DNA of 64,000 nucleotides from Alphaproteobacteria bacterium (GTDB lineage Bacteria; Pseudomonadota; Alphaproteobacteria; UBA828): NCBI GenBank assembly GCA_965221125.1, contig CBDCRW010000004.1, positions 1 to 64,000 of the forward strand, read 5' to 3'. Shown piece by piece: positions 30,512 to 39,402 of this stretch (position 1 is its first letter; each line of letters starts with the position of its first letter). The notes under the pieces were generated by a model. It saw only the letters and a program-made list of their open reading frames with translations, ran no database searches and was not told where the DNA came from. The position numbers and the translations under genes were made by a program.

Positions 30512-31438
30512 CTATGCTACGGCCTTCATGACGGGGATACCGAGCGACCGGGCCTTCTCCACAAGGTTCTCGGTGATGCCTCCACCCGGGAACGCGATCA
30601 CGCCCTTCGGCAGGAGGTTGAGCAGCTCCTCGTTGCGGCGGAACGGGGCGGCGCGTCCGTGGCGGTCCCAGTCCGGCTTGCAGACGACCTGGTGGACGCC
30701 GTTCCGCTCGGCCCAGCGCGCCGCGATCTTCTCGACGCCGGGTCCGCCGCCGTGGACGATCACGATGTCGCTGTACTTGGCGCGGGCCTGGTCGAGCCTG
30801 GCGATCACGGCGGTGGGGTCGGCGACGTCCTTGCCGCCGGCGATGGCGACCAGCGTGCCCTGCGGCAGATGCGCCATGGTCTCGCGGTCCTTCCTCGCCC
30901 TCTGGAAGTCGCGGGCGTCGATGGCGGCGGAGGTGAGCGTGCCGGTCTGGCTGGTGTGCGATCCGCGCCGGGGCCGCCAGGTGTCGCCGGTCTCTGCGCG
31001 GTAGGCTTCGGCGGCCTCGTCGCGCAAGGTCTCGAAGGCGTCGCGGCGGGCGGTGAGGTTCTGCGCGCGGTCGGTGGTCAGCTCCAGCTCCAGCGACTTG
31101 ATCTCGGTTCCGTCCTGGGCGCGCTGGAGGTCGCGGAGGTCGGGCATCAGCTTGTCCGCCGCCCGGTCGAGGCGCTGGGTCTGGGCGTCGAGCATGTTGA
31201 CGAAGCCCCAGAGCAGGCCCTCGCGCTCGTCGGCCATCTGGTATCCGTCCGGCGCGACGCCTTCGCTGAGGATACGGAAGGCTTCGCTGACGGCGTCCAG
31301 CGCGTCGGCCTCGTCCCAGACCTCGCGGGTGTCGAACTCGTCGCGCCCGGGGGTGGCGCCGTAGAGGGCGGCGTTCTCGCAGACGGTCGCGGTGGCGGAC
31401 TGTCCGCGTTTCTCGATGGTGTCGATATCGAAGATCAT
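30512..31438 (-). CDS. DUF2493 / SLOG-family protein of conjugative elements
   Basis: VAIAGGKD, IVHGGGPGVEKIAARWAERNGVHQV, HGRAAPFRRNEELL, VIAFPGGGITENLVEKARSLGIPV. Confidence 0.85.
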   Translation of the reverse strand: MIFDIDTIEKRGQSATATVCENAALYGATPGRDEFDTREVWDEADALDAVSEAFRILSEGVAPDGYQMADEREGLLWGFVNMLDAQTQRLDRAADKLMPDLRDLQRAQDGTEIKSLELELTTDRAQNLTARRDAFETLRDEAAEAYRAETGDTWRPRRGSHTSQTGTLTSAAIDARDFQRARKDRETMAHLPQGTLVAIAGGKDVADPTAVIARLDQARAKYSDIVIVHGGGPGVEKIAARWAERNGVHQVVCKPDWDRHGRAAPFRRNEELLNLLPKGVIAFPGGGITENLVEKARSLGIPVMKAVA

Positions 31439-31817
31439 GGTGATTTCCTTTCGGATTGCACGTTCGGGGCCGATCCCCGATGTGATGTCCTGTTGGGTCA
31501 CGCGCGCGGACGGGAGCCACGCGGGGTTGGTGGAGCTTGGCGGTGCGTCGGGGCGAGTGGTGCGGGCGCAAGGCCCTAGTGGAGCCTGGCGAGGAACGAG
31601 CCTTGGCGTAGCTTGGGCCTGAGCCACGGTCGCCTCGTCGCGGCGCCTAGCGGAGCCTCCCCGCGCCGGAGCGCAGCGGAGGACCCCGGAGGGGTTGGCG
31701 GAGGGAGCACGTGTGGCACAATGGGAGATCACAGCGCGGTCGAAATTCTCTCCCCCTGCACGGACCCCAACGGCGTTTCGGCCCGGCACGGCGTCGGAAG
31801 GGAGGCACGGAAGCGCG

Positions 31818-32156
31818 TCATCCATCGGTCCGCTCCGCCAGCACGCCCGCCGCCCATTCCGCCGCGCGCGCGAGCACCTCGGCGTGGCAGGGGCGGTCCC
31901 CGGCGCACCAGCACGCCAGCCAGCACCCGTCCAGCCCGGCGAGTTCCTCCAGCGAGACCTCGCCCGCGCGGATGCGCCGCCAGAGATGGACGCGGTACCG
32001 CGCGACCGCCTGCGCGGCATCCTGGCCGGGGGAGATTCTGAACGGGTTCCCCCATTTCGTGCGGCGGTCGACCAGCACGGTGTTGTTCACGACATGCGCG
32101 TATTCGAACGCCTCGCGCAGCTTCGGCTCGCGCCTGAGATTGACGACGGCGGACAT
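31818..32156 (-). CDS. DUF4326-family protein
   Basis: RTKWGNPF...LAGLDGCWLACWC...PCHAEVL. RBS GGAGGGAG. Confidence 0.85.
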   Translation of the reverse strand: MSAVVNLRREPKLREAFEYAHVVNNTVLVDRRTKWGNPFRISPGQDAAQAVARYRVHLWRRIRAGEVSLEELAGLDGCWLACWCAGDRPCHAEVLARAAEWAAGVLAERTDG

Positions 32157-32294
32157 GATCTCCCTCCCTCCTCCGAACGGCTTGCCCGTTCGCAAGCTTT
32201 TCTCCCCTCCTGGCGCGGCGGCGGACTCCGGGCCCATGGCAGAAAAAAAGGCGACCGCCGAAACGGCCGCCCGAGTTGGGGGAGGAAGGGTCGG

Positions 32295-32756
32295 CTAGAA
32301 CGGGATTTCCATGCCGGACTCGTCGGCGCCGTTCGCCACGGTGGCGGCCTGCGCGGCCCCGTCGTTCATCGGCGCCTGGGCATCCGCGGCCGCCGCGCCG
32401 TTGCCGTTCGGCTTGTCGTAGAACTGGACCCGGTTGCCCGGCACGACGATGATCTCGGTCGAGAAGCGGTCCGAGTCCTCGCCGTCCCTGCGCCAGCGCC
32501 GGGTCTGCATCTTGCCCTCGACGTGGACCAGCCGGCCCTTCACCGCGTGCTTCTGGAGCATGTCGATCAGGCCGGGCTGGAAGGTGACGACGCGGTGCCA
32601 CTCGGTCCGGTCGACCTTCTGGCCCGACTTGTCGAAATAGGACTCGTCGGTCGCGATGCTCAGATTGGCGACGCGCCCGCCCGAGGCCAGATTGTTGACG
32701 GTGACGTCGGCGCCCAACCGGCCGACCAGTTCCGCGTGGTTCTTTCCGAATGCCAT
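32295..32756 (-). CDS. ssb: Single-stranded DNA-binding protein (second copy)
   Basis: NHAELVGRLGAD, TEWHRVVTFQ, KGRLVHVEGKMQTRRW, C-terminal EIPF. Confidence 0.93.
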   Translation of the reverse strand: MAFGKNHAELVGRLGADVTVNNLASGGRVANLSIATDESYFDKSGQKVDRTEWHRVVTFQPGLIDMLQKHAVKGRLVHVEGKMQTRRWRRDGEDSDRFSTEIIVVPGNRVQFYDKPNGNGAAAADAQAPMNDGAAQAATVANGADESGMEIPF

Positions 32757-32868
32757 GACGATCTCCTCATGGGTCTGGATGATGACGATGGGTTGCGAAC
32801 GACCGGAGGCCGGGACACCCTCCCGAACCCCCGTCCGCTCACTTTCTCCAAGCCCTCCTCCACCTCCG

Positions 32869-33108
32869 TCACGCCGGGGGAAGCGCGGCTGCCGGATCCC
32901 AGGGCTCGGAGGGTGCCGCCTCGCCGAAGCCCTCCGCCGCCGGTTCCGGGGCGAGACGGGCGAAGCTGTGCTCGGGATAGACCGCCGGACGCTCCGGGCA
33001 GCGGATCGCGCGCACGTCCTCGATCGCCTCGCGGACGGCGGCCGGGTCGATGCCCAGCTCGGCGATGATGCCGGCGGGAAGGTGGGGGAAATGGTCGGAC
33101 TGGAACAT
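32869..33108 (-). CDS. Small hypothetical protein
   Basis: MFQSDHFPHLPAGIIAELGIDPAAVREAIEDV... in a co-oriented cluster, RBS GAGGAG. Confidence 0.4.
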   Translation of the reverse strand: MFQSDHFPHLPAGIIAELGIDPAAVREAIEDVRAIRCPERPAVYPEHSFARLAPEPAAEGFGEAAPSEPWDPAAALPPA

Positions 33109-33406
33109 GGCGGGGAAACTCCTCTTGCCGTTGCCCGGCCCGGCGTCGAGGCGACCGAACTCCCTCCGGCCGCCCTGCCGGACACGCCCCCCGCGAAAGC
33201 TCTTCTCCAACTCCGGAGTGCGCTCCGCTCCGACGGCGGACGATGGTGGGCAGGCGGAGAAGCCGGGACCGGCCCCGGCAGGCGTTGCGATCGTGCGCGC
33301 GTCAGCAACGTCACGACCGCCGCCGGCGCCGTCGATGCGGCGCGCGCAGGCGAGGATGTCGGCGCGACCGGATCGGCGGTTCGGTTCGGAGGAGCGGTCC
33401 TCGGCG

Positions 33407-33637
33407 CTACAGCCGTCCGGCGACGAACCCGGTCCAGCTCTCGCGCGTCCAGCCGAGGGGGCGGTTGAGCCTGTCCGCCATCTCCATCGCCTCGTCGACC
33501 CCCAGCACCACCAGCGACGTGCCGATGGCGGCGTCCATTTCGTCGACGACGATGCGGATTTGCTGAAAGCCCGTGTCGGGGTCCTCTACGGGCGCAAACG
33601 CATAGACGGGATTGTCGGGCAGGGTCATGCTGCTCAT
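33407..33637 (-). CDS. Small acidic hypothetical protein (76 aa)
   Basis: RBS GGAGA. MSSMTLPDNPVYAFAPVEDPDTGFQQIRIVVDEMD...ADRLNRPLGWTRESW. Confidence 0.6.
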   Translation of the reverse strand: MSSMTLPDNPVYAFAPVEDPDTGFQQIRIVVDEMDAAIGTSLVVLGVDEAMEMADRLNRPLGWTRESWTGFVAGRL

Positions 33638-33776
33638 CGTGCGATCTCCCGGTGATGGACAGGGGCGGGTGAATATCGGTCTCATCGGCCGACGGCGCGG
33701 GCAGCGTTGCAGCGGCCCCCCGGCCGGCCATACGCATAGCGGCGGGCGGCGGGCCGGCTGCGCAGCAGGGGGCCGT

Positions 33777-35042
33777 TCAGGACCAGGACGTCAACGAGGC
33801 CATCGGGCTCGCGTCGGTGACGATCTCGACCCGGTCGCGGTCGAGCTTCTCGAAGGCGAGACAGAGAGCGATGTCGGATTCACTGTCGAACGGCCCGTGC
33901 TCGCGCCCCGTCTCCACCTCGATCACGGTCCAGGTCGGGTCCCAGACCGGGATGCCGCGAAACGCTCCCGAACTCTCGCGATGCTTGCGCGAGCACGGCT
34001 CGCAGCGGGCGACCCCCGGCGAGGGCGTGTTGCACTCGACACACCGGCCCTTCGCCCGCCGCTCGGCATAGCGGCGGCGCCGGGCGGCCTGCTCCGCCTC
34101 GGGGTTGCGCCGCGCTTCCTTGGCCACGGCGCAGGGCGCGCAGTAGGCCGCGCCGCCGAAGGTGGGCGTCCGGCACTTTACGCAGACCCCGGCGGTCCGG
34201 CGAGCATGGTAGCGGTCGCGCCCGGCGTCGCGGCAGGCCTCGCACTCGGCCGCCCCGTTGGCGGGCTTCCCGCAACTCGTGCAATCGCCCCTGGCGCGCC
34301 GTTCGGCATAGCGCCGGCGGTCGGCCTCCCGCCTGGCCTCCGGGTCGCGCTTCCGCCGCTTGTTCCGGGCCTCGCCACAGGGGCCGCAATAGAGCTTCCC
34401 GCCGGGGGCGGGCGCCGCGCACTTTACGCAGAGGCCGGCGGTGCGGCGACCGGCATCGCGCGCGCGTCGGGCGGCCCGCCGGTCGTCGCGGCACGGCTCG
34501 CAGAGGCCCCGGCCCTCCTCGGTCGGGACATGCCCGCAACGGACACAGAGCCCGGCCGCGCGGCGGGCCTCGCTGCGCCGGCGGCTGCGTGCCCGGTCGG
34601 CCTCCCGCTTGGCCTCGGGATCGCGGCCGCCACAGGGGATTCCCTCGGCCTTCGCCTTGGCATAGCGTGCGCGGTCGCGTGCGCGATGCTGCTCGGCGCA
34701 GGGCTCGCAGGTGGTGCGATCCGGGCGCGCGGGAGCCCGGCCGCATTTTGTGCAGATGCCGGCGGCCTTGCGTTCGATGTGGAGCCGGCGGCTGCGCTCG
34801 CGCTCGTACTCCTTCGCCCGCACCGGATCCCGCACGGGCTTGCCCTCGGCGCGAAGCCGGGCCGAGCGGGCGCGGTCGGCGGCGTTGCGTTTCTCCGTGC
34901 AGGGGGCGCACAGCGTGCGGTCCGGCACCGGCCCGGTCTTGCCGCACTTCACACACAACCCGGCCGCCTTGCGGGCTGCGACCCTCCGGTGGAAGCGCGC
35001 GAGATCGGCCCGACGACGCTTGTCGATGTCGGCATAAGCCAT
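33777..35042 (-). CDS. Arg-rich protein with 7 tandem GxCxxC-x8-11-CxxC zinc-finger repeats and a conserved C-terminal domain
   Basis: GLCVKC..LCAPC, GICTKC..TCEPC, GLCVRC..LCEPC, GLCVKC..YCGPC, GDCTSC..ECEAC, GVCVKC..YCAPC, GRCVEC..RCEPC. RBS GGAGGAGG. Confidence 0.85.
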   Translation of the reverse strand: MAYADIDKRRRADLARFHRRVAARKAAGLCVKCGKTGPVPDRTLCAPCTEKRNAADRARSARLRAEGKPVRDPVRAKEYERERSRRLHIERKAAGICTKCGRAPARPDRTTCEPCAEQHRARDRARYAKAKAEGIPCGGRDPEAKREADRARSRRRSEARRAAGLCVRCGHVPTEEGRGLCEPCRDDRRAARRARDAGRRTAGLCVKCAAPAPGGKLYCGPCGEARNKRRKRDPEARREADRRRYAERRARGDCTSCGKPANGAAECEACRDAGRDRYHARRTAGVCVKCRTPTFGGAAYCAPCAVAKEARRNPEAEQAARRRRYAERRAKGRCVECNTPSPGVARCEPCSRKHRESSGAFRGIPVWDPTWTVIEVETGREHGPFDSESDIALCLAFEKLDRDRVEIVTDASPMASLTSWS

Positions 35043-35126
35043 GACGGCCTCCTCCTTGCCAATCCGGAAACGGACAAGGACGCCCCGCCGGTGTCGGGCC
35101 GGCAGGACGTCCTCGGGAGGAAGGGG

Positions 35127-35456
35127 TCAGCCCTTCTGGCGGCGGTTGCAGAACAGGGACGTCGATACGGCACCCCAGTACTGGACCCCGCCGCGGCTCT
35201 TGAGGCCGGTGCAGACGATGACCTCGTTGGGGGCGGGCCGCATCTCCTTGACCGCCTTCAGGGTGGCGGTGACGACCTTCGCCCTACGGCTCCCGCCGCC
35301 CTTCGGTGCCGGGTCGGAGCAGCGCCGAATCTCGCCGTCCGCCATCGCCCGGAACTTCTCGACCGCATAGCGATCGTCGGCCAGGCCGGGCCCGAAGAAA
35401 TGCGTGAGGAAGGTCGCCGCGGTGTTGCCGGGCATCGCCATCGTTGCTGCGCTCAT
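35127..35456 (-). CDS. Hypothetical 109-aa protein, paralogue of 3366-3689
   Basis: TFLTHFFGPGLADDRYAVEKFR...KAVKEMRPAPNEVIVCTG...GVQYWG. Confidence 0.75.
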   Translation of the reverse strand: MSAATMAMPGNTAATFLTHFFGPGLADDRYAVEKFRAMADGEIRRCSDPAPKGGGSRRAKVVTATLKAVKEMRPAPNEVIVCTGLKSRGGVQYWGAVSTSLFCNRRQKG

Positions 35457-35683
35457 GCTGCCGTCTCCATCGTGCCGTTGTGGAAATCGGCGGCAGCGCC
35501 CCGCCCTCCGAAGCGCCGACCGCCGCCTTACTCACGGTCAAAACTCCCCTCTCGGTGGTGAGGAGCGCGCAAATGGAGACGATGGCAGGACGGCGGCGCA
35601 GCGGCAGGAGCGCGGCACGAGTTGAAAAGCCGCACCGGGTGTCATAAAAGGAGCCATGAAGGCGGATGCGCGCGAGGCTCGGG

Positions 35684-36073
35684 TTGCAGACGTTCAAGAC
35701 CAAGGCGTTCGCCCGTTTCGCCGACCGCGAGGGGCTGGAGGATGAGGCGCTGTGCGAGGCTGTCCGGCGCGCCGGGGAAGGGTTGGTCGACGCCGACCTC
35801 GGCGGCGGTGTCATCAAGCAGCGCATCGCCCGCAAGGGCGGCGGCCGGTCCGGCGGGTTCCGCACGATCGTGCTGTTCCGCCGGGGCGAACTGGCGTTCT
35901 TCGTCTACGGGTTCGCGAAGAGCGACCGGGAGAACCTGCGCCGGGACGAGTTGGCGACCTACAGGCTGCTGGCCGACGGGTATCTGGCGCTGGACAGGAA
36001 GGGTCTTGCGGCCGCACAGGCCGCTGGAACGATTGTCGAGGTGAAATGCGATGACCAAGCAATACAAGAGTGA
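35684..36073 (+). CDS. RelE/ParE-superfamily toxin (HigB-2-like)
   Basis: FKTKAFARFA..DADLGGGVIKQRIARKGGGRSGGFRTI..FVYGFAKSDRENL. TTG start assumed. Confidence 0.9.
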   Translation: MQTFKTKAFARFADREGLEDEALCEAVRRAGEGLVDADLGGGVIKQRIARKGGGRSGGFRTIVLFRRGELAFFVYGFAKSDRENLRRDELATYRLLADGYLALDRKGLAAAQAAGTIVEVKCDDQAIQE

Positions 36074-36368
36074 GGCGCTGGCGGCGGCGCACGAGGCGGC
36101 GCTCGGCCTGGCCGAGGCGGGCCTCATGTCGAAACAGACCATGCGGAAGTTCGACGAGATGTGCCTTACCCCCGTCAGGGAGATGACGCCCGAGGACATC
36201 CGCGAGCTTCGGCTGCGCGAGCATGCGAGCCAGGCGGTGTTCGCGCGCTACCTCAACGTGACGACGGGTCTGGTGAGCCAGTGGGAGCGCGGCGAGAAGC
36301 GCCCGCGCGGGACCTCGCTCAAGCTGCTGACACTGGTCGCCAAGAACGGCCTCGCGGCGGTCGCGTGA
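36051..36368 (+). CDS. XRE-HTH antitoxin (HigA-2-like)
   Basis: TMRKFDEMCL..IRELRLREHASQAVFARYLNVTTGLVSQWERGEKRP. Confidence 0.92.
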   Translation: MTKQYKSEALAAAHEAALGLAEAGLMSKQTMRKFDEMCLTPVREMTPEDIRELRLREHASQAVFARYLNVTTGLVSQWERGEKRPRGTSLKLLTLVAKNGLAAVA

Positions 36369-36494
36369 CGGATTGGCGGCGTCTGTCGGGACATGTCCCG
36401 TCAGGAATTGGATCGAATCCGGTGACTATACGATGACGGGCAGATACGGGTCTCAAGAAACATAAATAATAACAGTGCTTTATCCACTGTTGCT

Positions 36495-36507
36495 GCACAA
36501 GAGTGGC
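36495..36507. repeat. att site (right junction) GCACAAGAGTGGC
   Basis: Direct repeat of 11543-11555. Integrase homology stops here. Confidence 0.85.
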
Positions 36508-37501
36508 GAAGGTCGTGGATGCGCACGTCGTCGAGGCCGGCACGGGCGCGCACGCGGGCCCAGGGCTCGAAGATGCTGGACAGGCGCCGCCCCGCGCGCG
36601 TGCCGGGGATCACCCACGGGTTGCCCGGCACGCGCGGGATGGCAGAGAGAACCTCCGCCGCTTCCGCCGAGAGCGAGACCGTGCGCGGGCCGGTCTTGCT
36701 GTCGCGCAAGCGAAGCTCGCGGGCCTCCATATGCACGTCCTCCCAGCGGAGCGTGAGGATCTCGTTCCGCCGGCAGCCGGTGAGCATGAGGAGGCGGAGC
36801 GCGGCCGCCGCATGGGACGAGACGCGCCCCGTCGCCTCCAGCTCGTCCAGCGCGGTGCCTAGGCGCCGGAACTCGGCGTCGGTGAGGAAGCGCTCGCGCC
36901 GGCCCACCCTGTACTTCTGGGCCGCGCGGCAGGGGTTGACCCCCTCGGCGGCGACGCCCCAGGCCTGGGCCTGGTCGATCATGCGCGACAGCGTCGCCAC
37001 CACCAGGTTGGCCATGGCCGGGCGGTCGCGAAGGGAATGCTGGAGGTCGGCGACGTCGCGCCGCGCGATGACGGAGACCGGGAGCGTGCCGAGGGCGGGG
37101 ACGATATGGCGCTCGATGGCCATTCGGTACTGGGCGGCGGTCGAGGGCTTGCAGCGGACCGCGACGTGCTCGCGCAGGTAGCGCGCAGCAAGGGTTGCGA
37201 GGGTGGGGCCGGCGGGCTTGGGGGCCGGGCGGTCCACGAAATCCTCGCCGGCCCTGATACGGGCGATGACGAGGGCTGCGCGCCTGCGGGCCTCGCCCGC
37301 GCCGATGACGCCGTGGCGGCCGACGGTCGTGCGCCTGGTGCCCGCCGGGCCACGGGTCTGCACGACGTAGACCCTGGCGCCGGAGGGATAGATGCGGACG
37401 CCGAAGCCGGTGAGCGCACGGTCCCACAACACCCGGTCGCGGCCCGGCGCGAGCGCGCCCACCACCGCGTCCGTGATCGTCCCGTGCGTGGGTTCATTCA
37501 T
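36499..37501 (-). pseudogene. N-terminal part of the interrupted tyrosine integrase
   Basis: WDRALTGFGVRIYPSG, LTGCRRNEI, SKTG, then IHDLRHS, after which the ORF runs into AT-rich non-homologous sequence lacking LGH and the catalytic Tyr. Confidence 0.92.
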
Positions 37502-38694
37502 ATCGAAGAGCCGTCATCACGGAAGCGCACGACGGCTTCACCGCGTAACGCGCCGGAATCACCGGAATCGGCCCGTAAGCACGCGCCGCAAGCGCGCCCA
37601 AACCGGCGCAAAGGTCTGACATCGGTAATTCTGATGGATTTGAAAGGGTTTATCGCAGACTTGCGCGCTGGCTTGTTCGCGGCGGCGCGGCGCAAAGACC
37701 GCTTGCGCGGCGCCCCGAGGCCCGGGCCCGAGGCCTCTTCATTATTGTGGCCATGAAATGCCGACCGTCGCGGAGAGAAGGGCACTGAGTCTGCTCTCTC
37801 TACGACGGGCGTGTGCGTGAATCGCCCTCGCAGACGCGGGAAAAGCGCGGAATTATGTTTGTTTCAAACCCACACCAATAACGCGGGACGCAGTCGGCTC
37901 CTAATCGTCTGAACGCTCGAAATATGTAGAAGGTAGCATAGCGAATTTATATCACCAAATAGTGTGAATTCAACGCTCTGCGGCAACTTAGTGGCGATAT
38001 CGTGATTAGCGGTTGTCGATAAGCACTAATCACCCTCAATCGTCCTGCGAACGTCAAACGTCCGCGCTTATGAAAAACGCCTCGGTTCTTTCGGCTCGTT
38101 TCGCGCCTCGGACTGCAACGGGAATACAAGTCAGTCAAGTTTATCAGTATGTTGCAAGGTAGCGCCTTAGACTGACGGCGCGAAGAGAGACGGAACGTCG
38201 GGGATCCGGCGTTTCCAGGTTCTCCTGACGCCCTGCTCGGCAGCGCGAAACGGTCGGTTCGGAACCCGCGCATTTGCAGAGAAGCGGCGCGGTGGTGTTC
38301 CCGCGCGTGCGGCCGAGCCGGCGCCATCAAGCCCGGACAGGCGGCCCTCGACCGTTGAAAACACACGCGCTTGGGCCGGGATTGTCGGTGGGCGGCGTCG
38401 ACGATTTCTAATGGGATGCATCGGTGCTTGTTCGGGTCGCGTGACGAGGTGATGCCGCAGCGCCGGCGGCGCTCGACGTGCTGACCGCGCCCTCCCGCCT
38501 CGTCCCGGCGCGGCGACGCCGCTCGGGAGAGCGGGCTGGGGCAACGGGACTCGCAGCGCGTGCACCCTCCAGCAAGAAGAGTGTCCGCGAGGCGGTGACA
38601 GGCGGTTGCGTTCCGTGCGCCGTGTTGGGACCATGGCCGGCACCGGCGCCGGGCGGCGACCGGGCCTCTCATCAGCGGGCGGCGGGGCGCCAGC

Positions 38695-39402
38695 GTGACC
38701 AATATCGCCGAGGCCTTCGCGGCGGCCTTCTCCCTCGTCTATCGCCTCGACAGCGATCTCGGCGAGATCGTGCTCCTCTCGCTCCAGGTCAGCGTCGGCG
38801 CGGTGGCGGTGGCGAGCCTGATCGGCCTGCCCCTGGGCGCTGCGGTGGCGCTCTTCCGCTTCCCCGGACGCGGCGCGATCGTGATCCTGCTCAACGCGCT
38901 GATGGGCCTGCCGCCGGTGGTGGTGGGTCTCGTGGTCTATCTCGTGCTGTCCCGCGCAGGGCCGCTCGGCGTCCTCGGCCTGCTGTTCACGCCGACCGCC
39001 ATGGTCATCGCCCAGGTGCTGCTGGTGACGCCGATCATCGCGGCGCTCGCCCGCCAGGTGATCGAGGACATGTGGGGCGAGTACGAGGAGCAGCTCCGCT
39101 CCCTCGGCGCGACGCCGCGCCGCGCGCTCGGGGCGCTGCTCTGGGACGGCCGCTGGAGCCTGCTCACCGCCGTGCTCGCGGGCTTCGGCCGCGCCATCGC
39201 CGAGGTCGGCGCGGTGATGATCGTGGGCGGCAACATCGACCACGTGACCCGCGTCATGACCACGGCGATCGCGCTCGAGGTCTCGAAGGGCGACCTCGCG
39301 CTGGCCCTCGGCCTCGGCATCGTCCTGGTCGCGCTCTCGATTGCCGTGAGCACCGCCGCCGCCCTCCTGCGTGGCACGCTGGCGCAGGGGGGGCCGCGAT
39401 GA
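38695..39402 (+). CDS. tupB: Tungstate ABC transporter permease
   Basis: LMGLPPVVVGLVVYLVLSRAGPLG, FGRAIAEVGAVMIVGGNI..TRVMTTAI. Confidence 0.9.
   Translation: MTNIAEAFAAAFSLVYRLDSDLGEIVLLSLQVSVGAVAVASLIGLPLGAAVALFRFPGRGAIVILLNALMGLPPVVVGLVVYLVLSRAGPLGVLGLLFTPTAMVIAQVLLVTPIIAALARQVIEDMWGEYEEQLRSLGATPRRALGALLWDGRWSLLTAVLAGFGRAIAEVGAVMIVGGNIDHVTRVMTTAIALEVSKGDLALALGLGIVLVALSIAVSTAAALLRGTLAQGGPR

Larger units (their letters stand above)
11547..36507. mobile_element. ~25-kb integrative element inserted in an integrase gene
   Basis: Direct-repeat ends at both integrase breakpoints, AT-rich inner ends, an IHF-consensus match TATCAATAGATTA at 11640-11652, two integrases at the left end and a TA at the right end. 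Confidence 0.85.

Noticed and set aside
36401-36498. C-terminal tail CAATVDKALLLFMF... of the 366-aa integrase ORF as real protein
   Set aside because: Read-through into the AT-rich element end; the true C-terminus is at 11158-11555.
38480-38694. Moco/Tuco riboswitch upstream of tupB
   Set aside because: The context is plausible, but I could not match the conserved motif by eye; it needs an Rfam scan.
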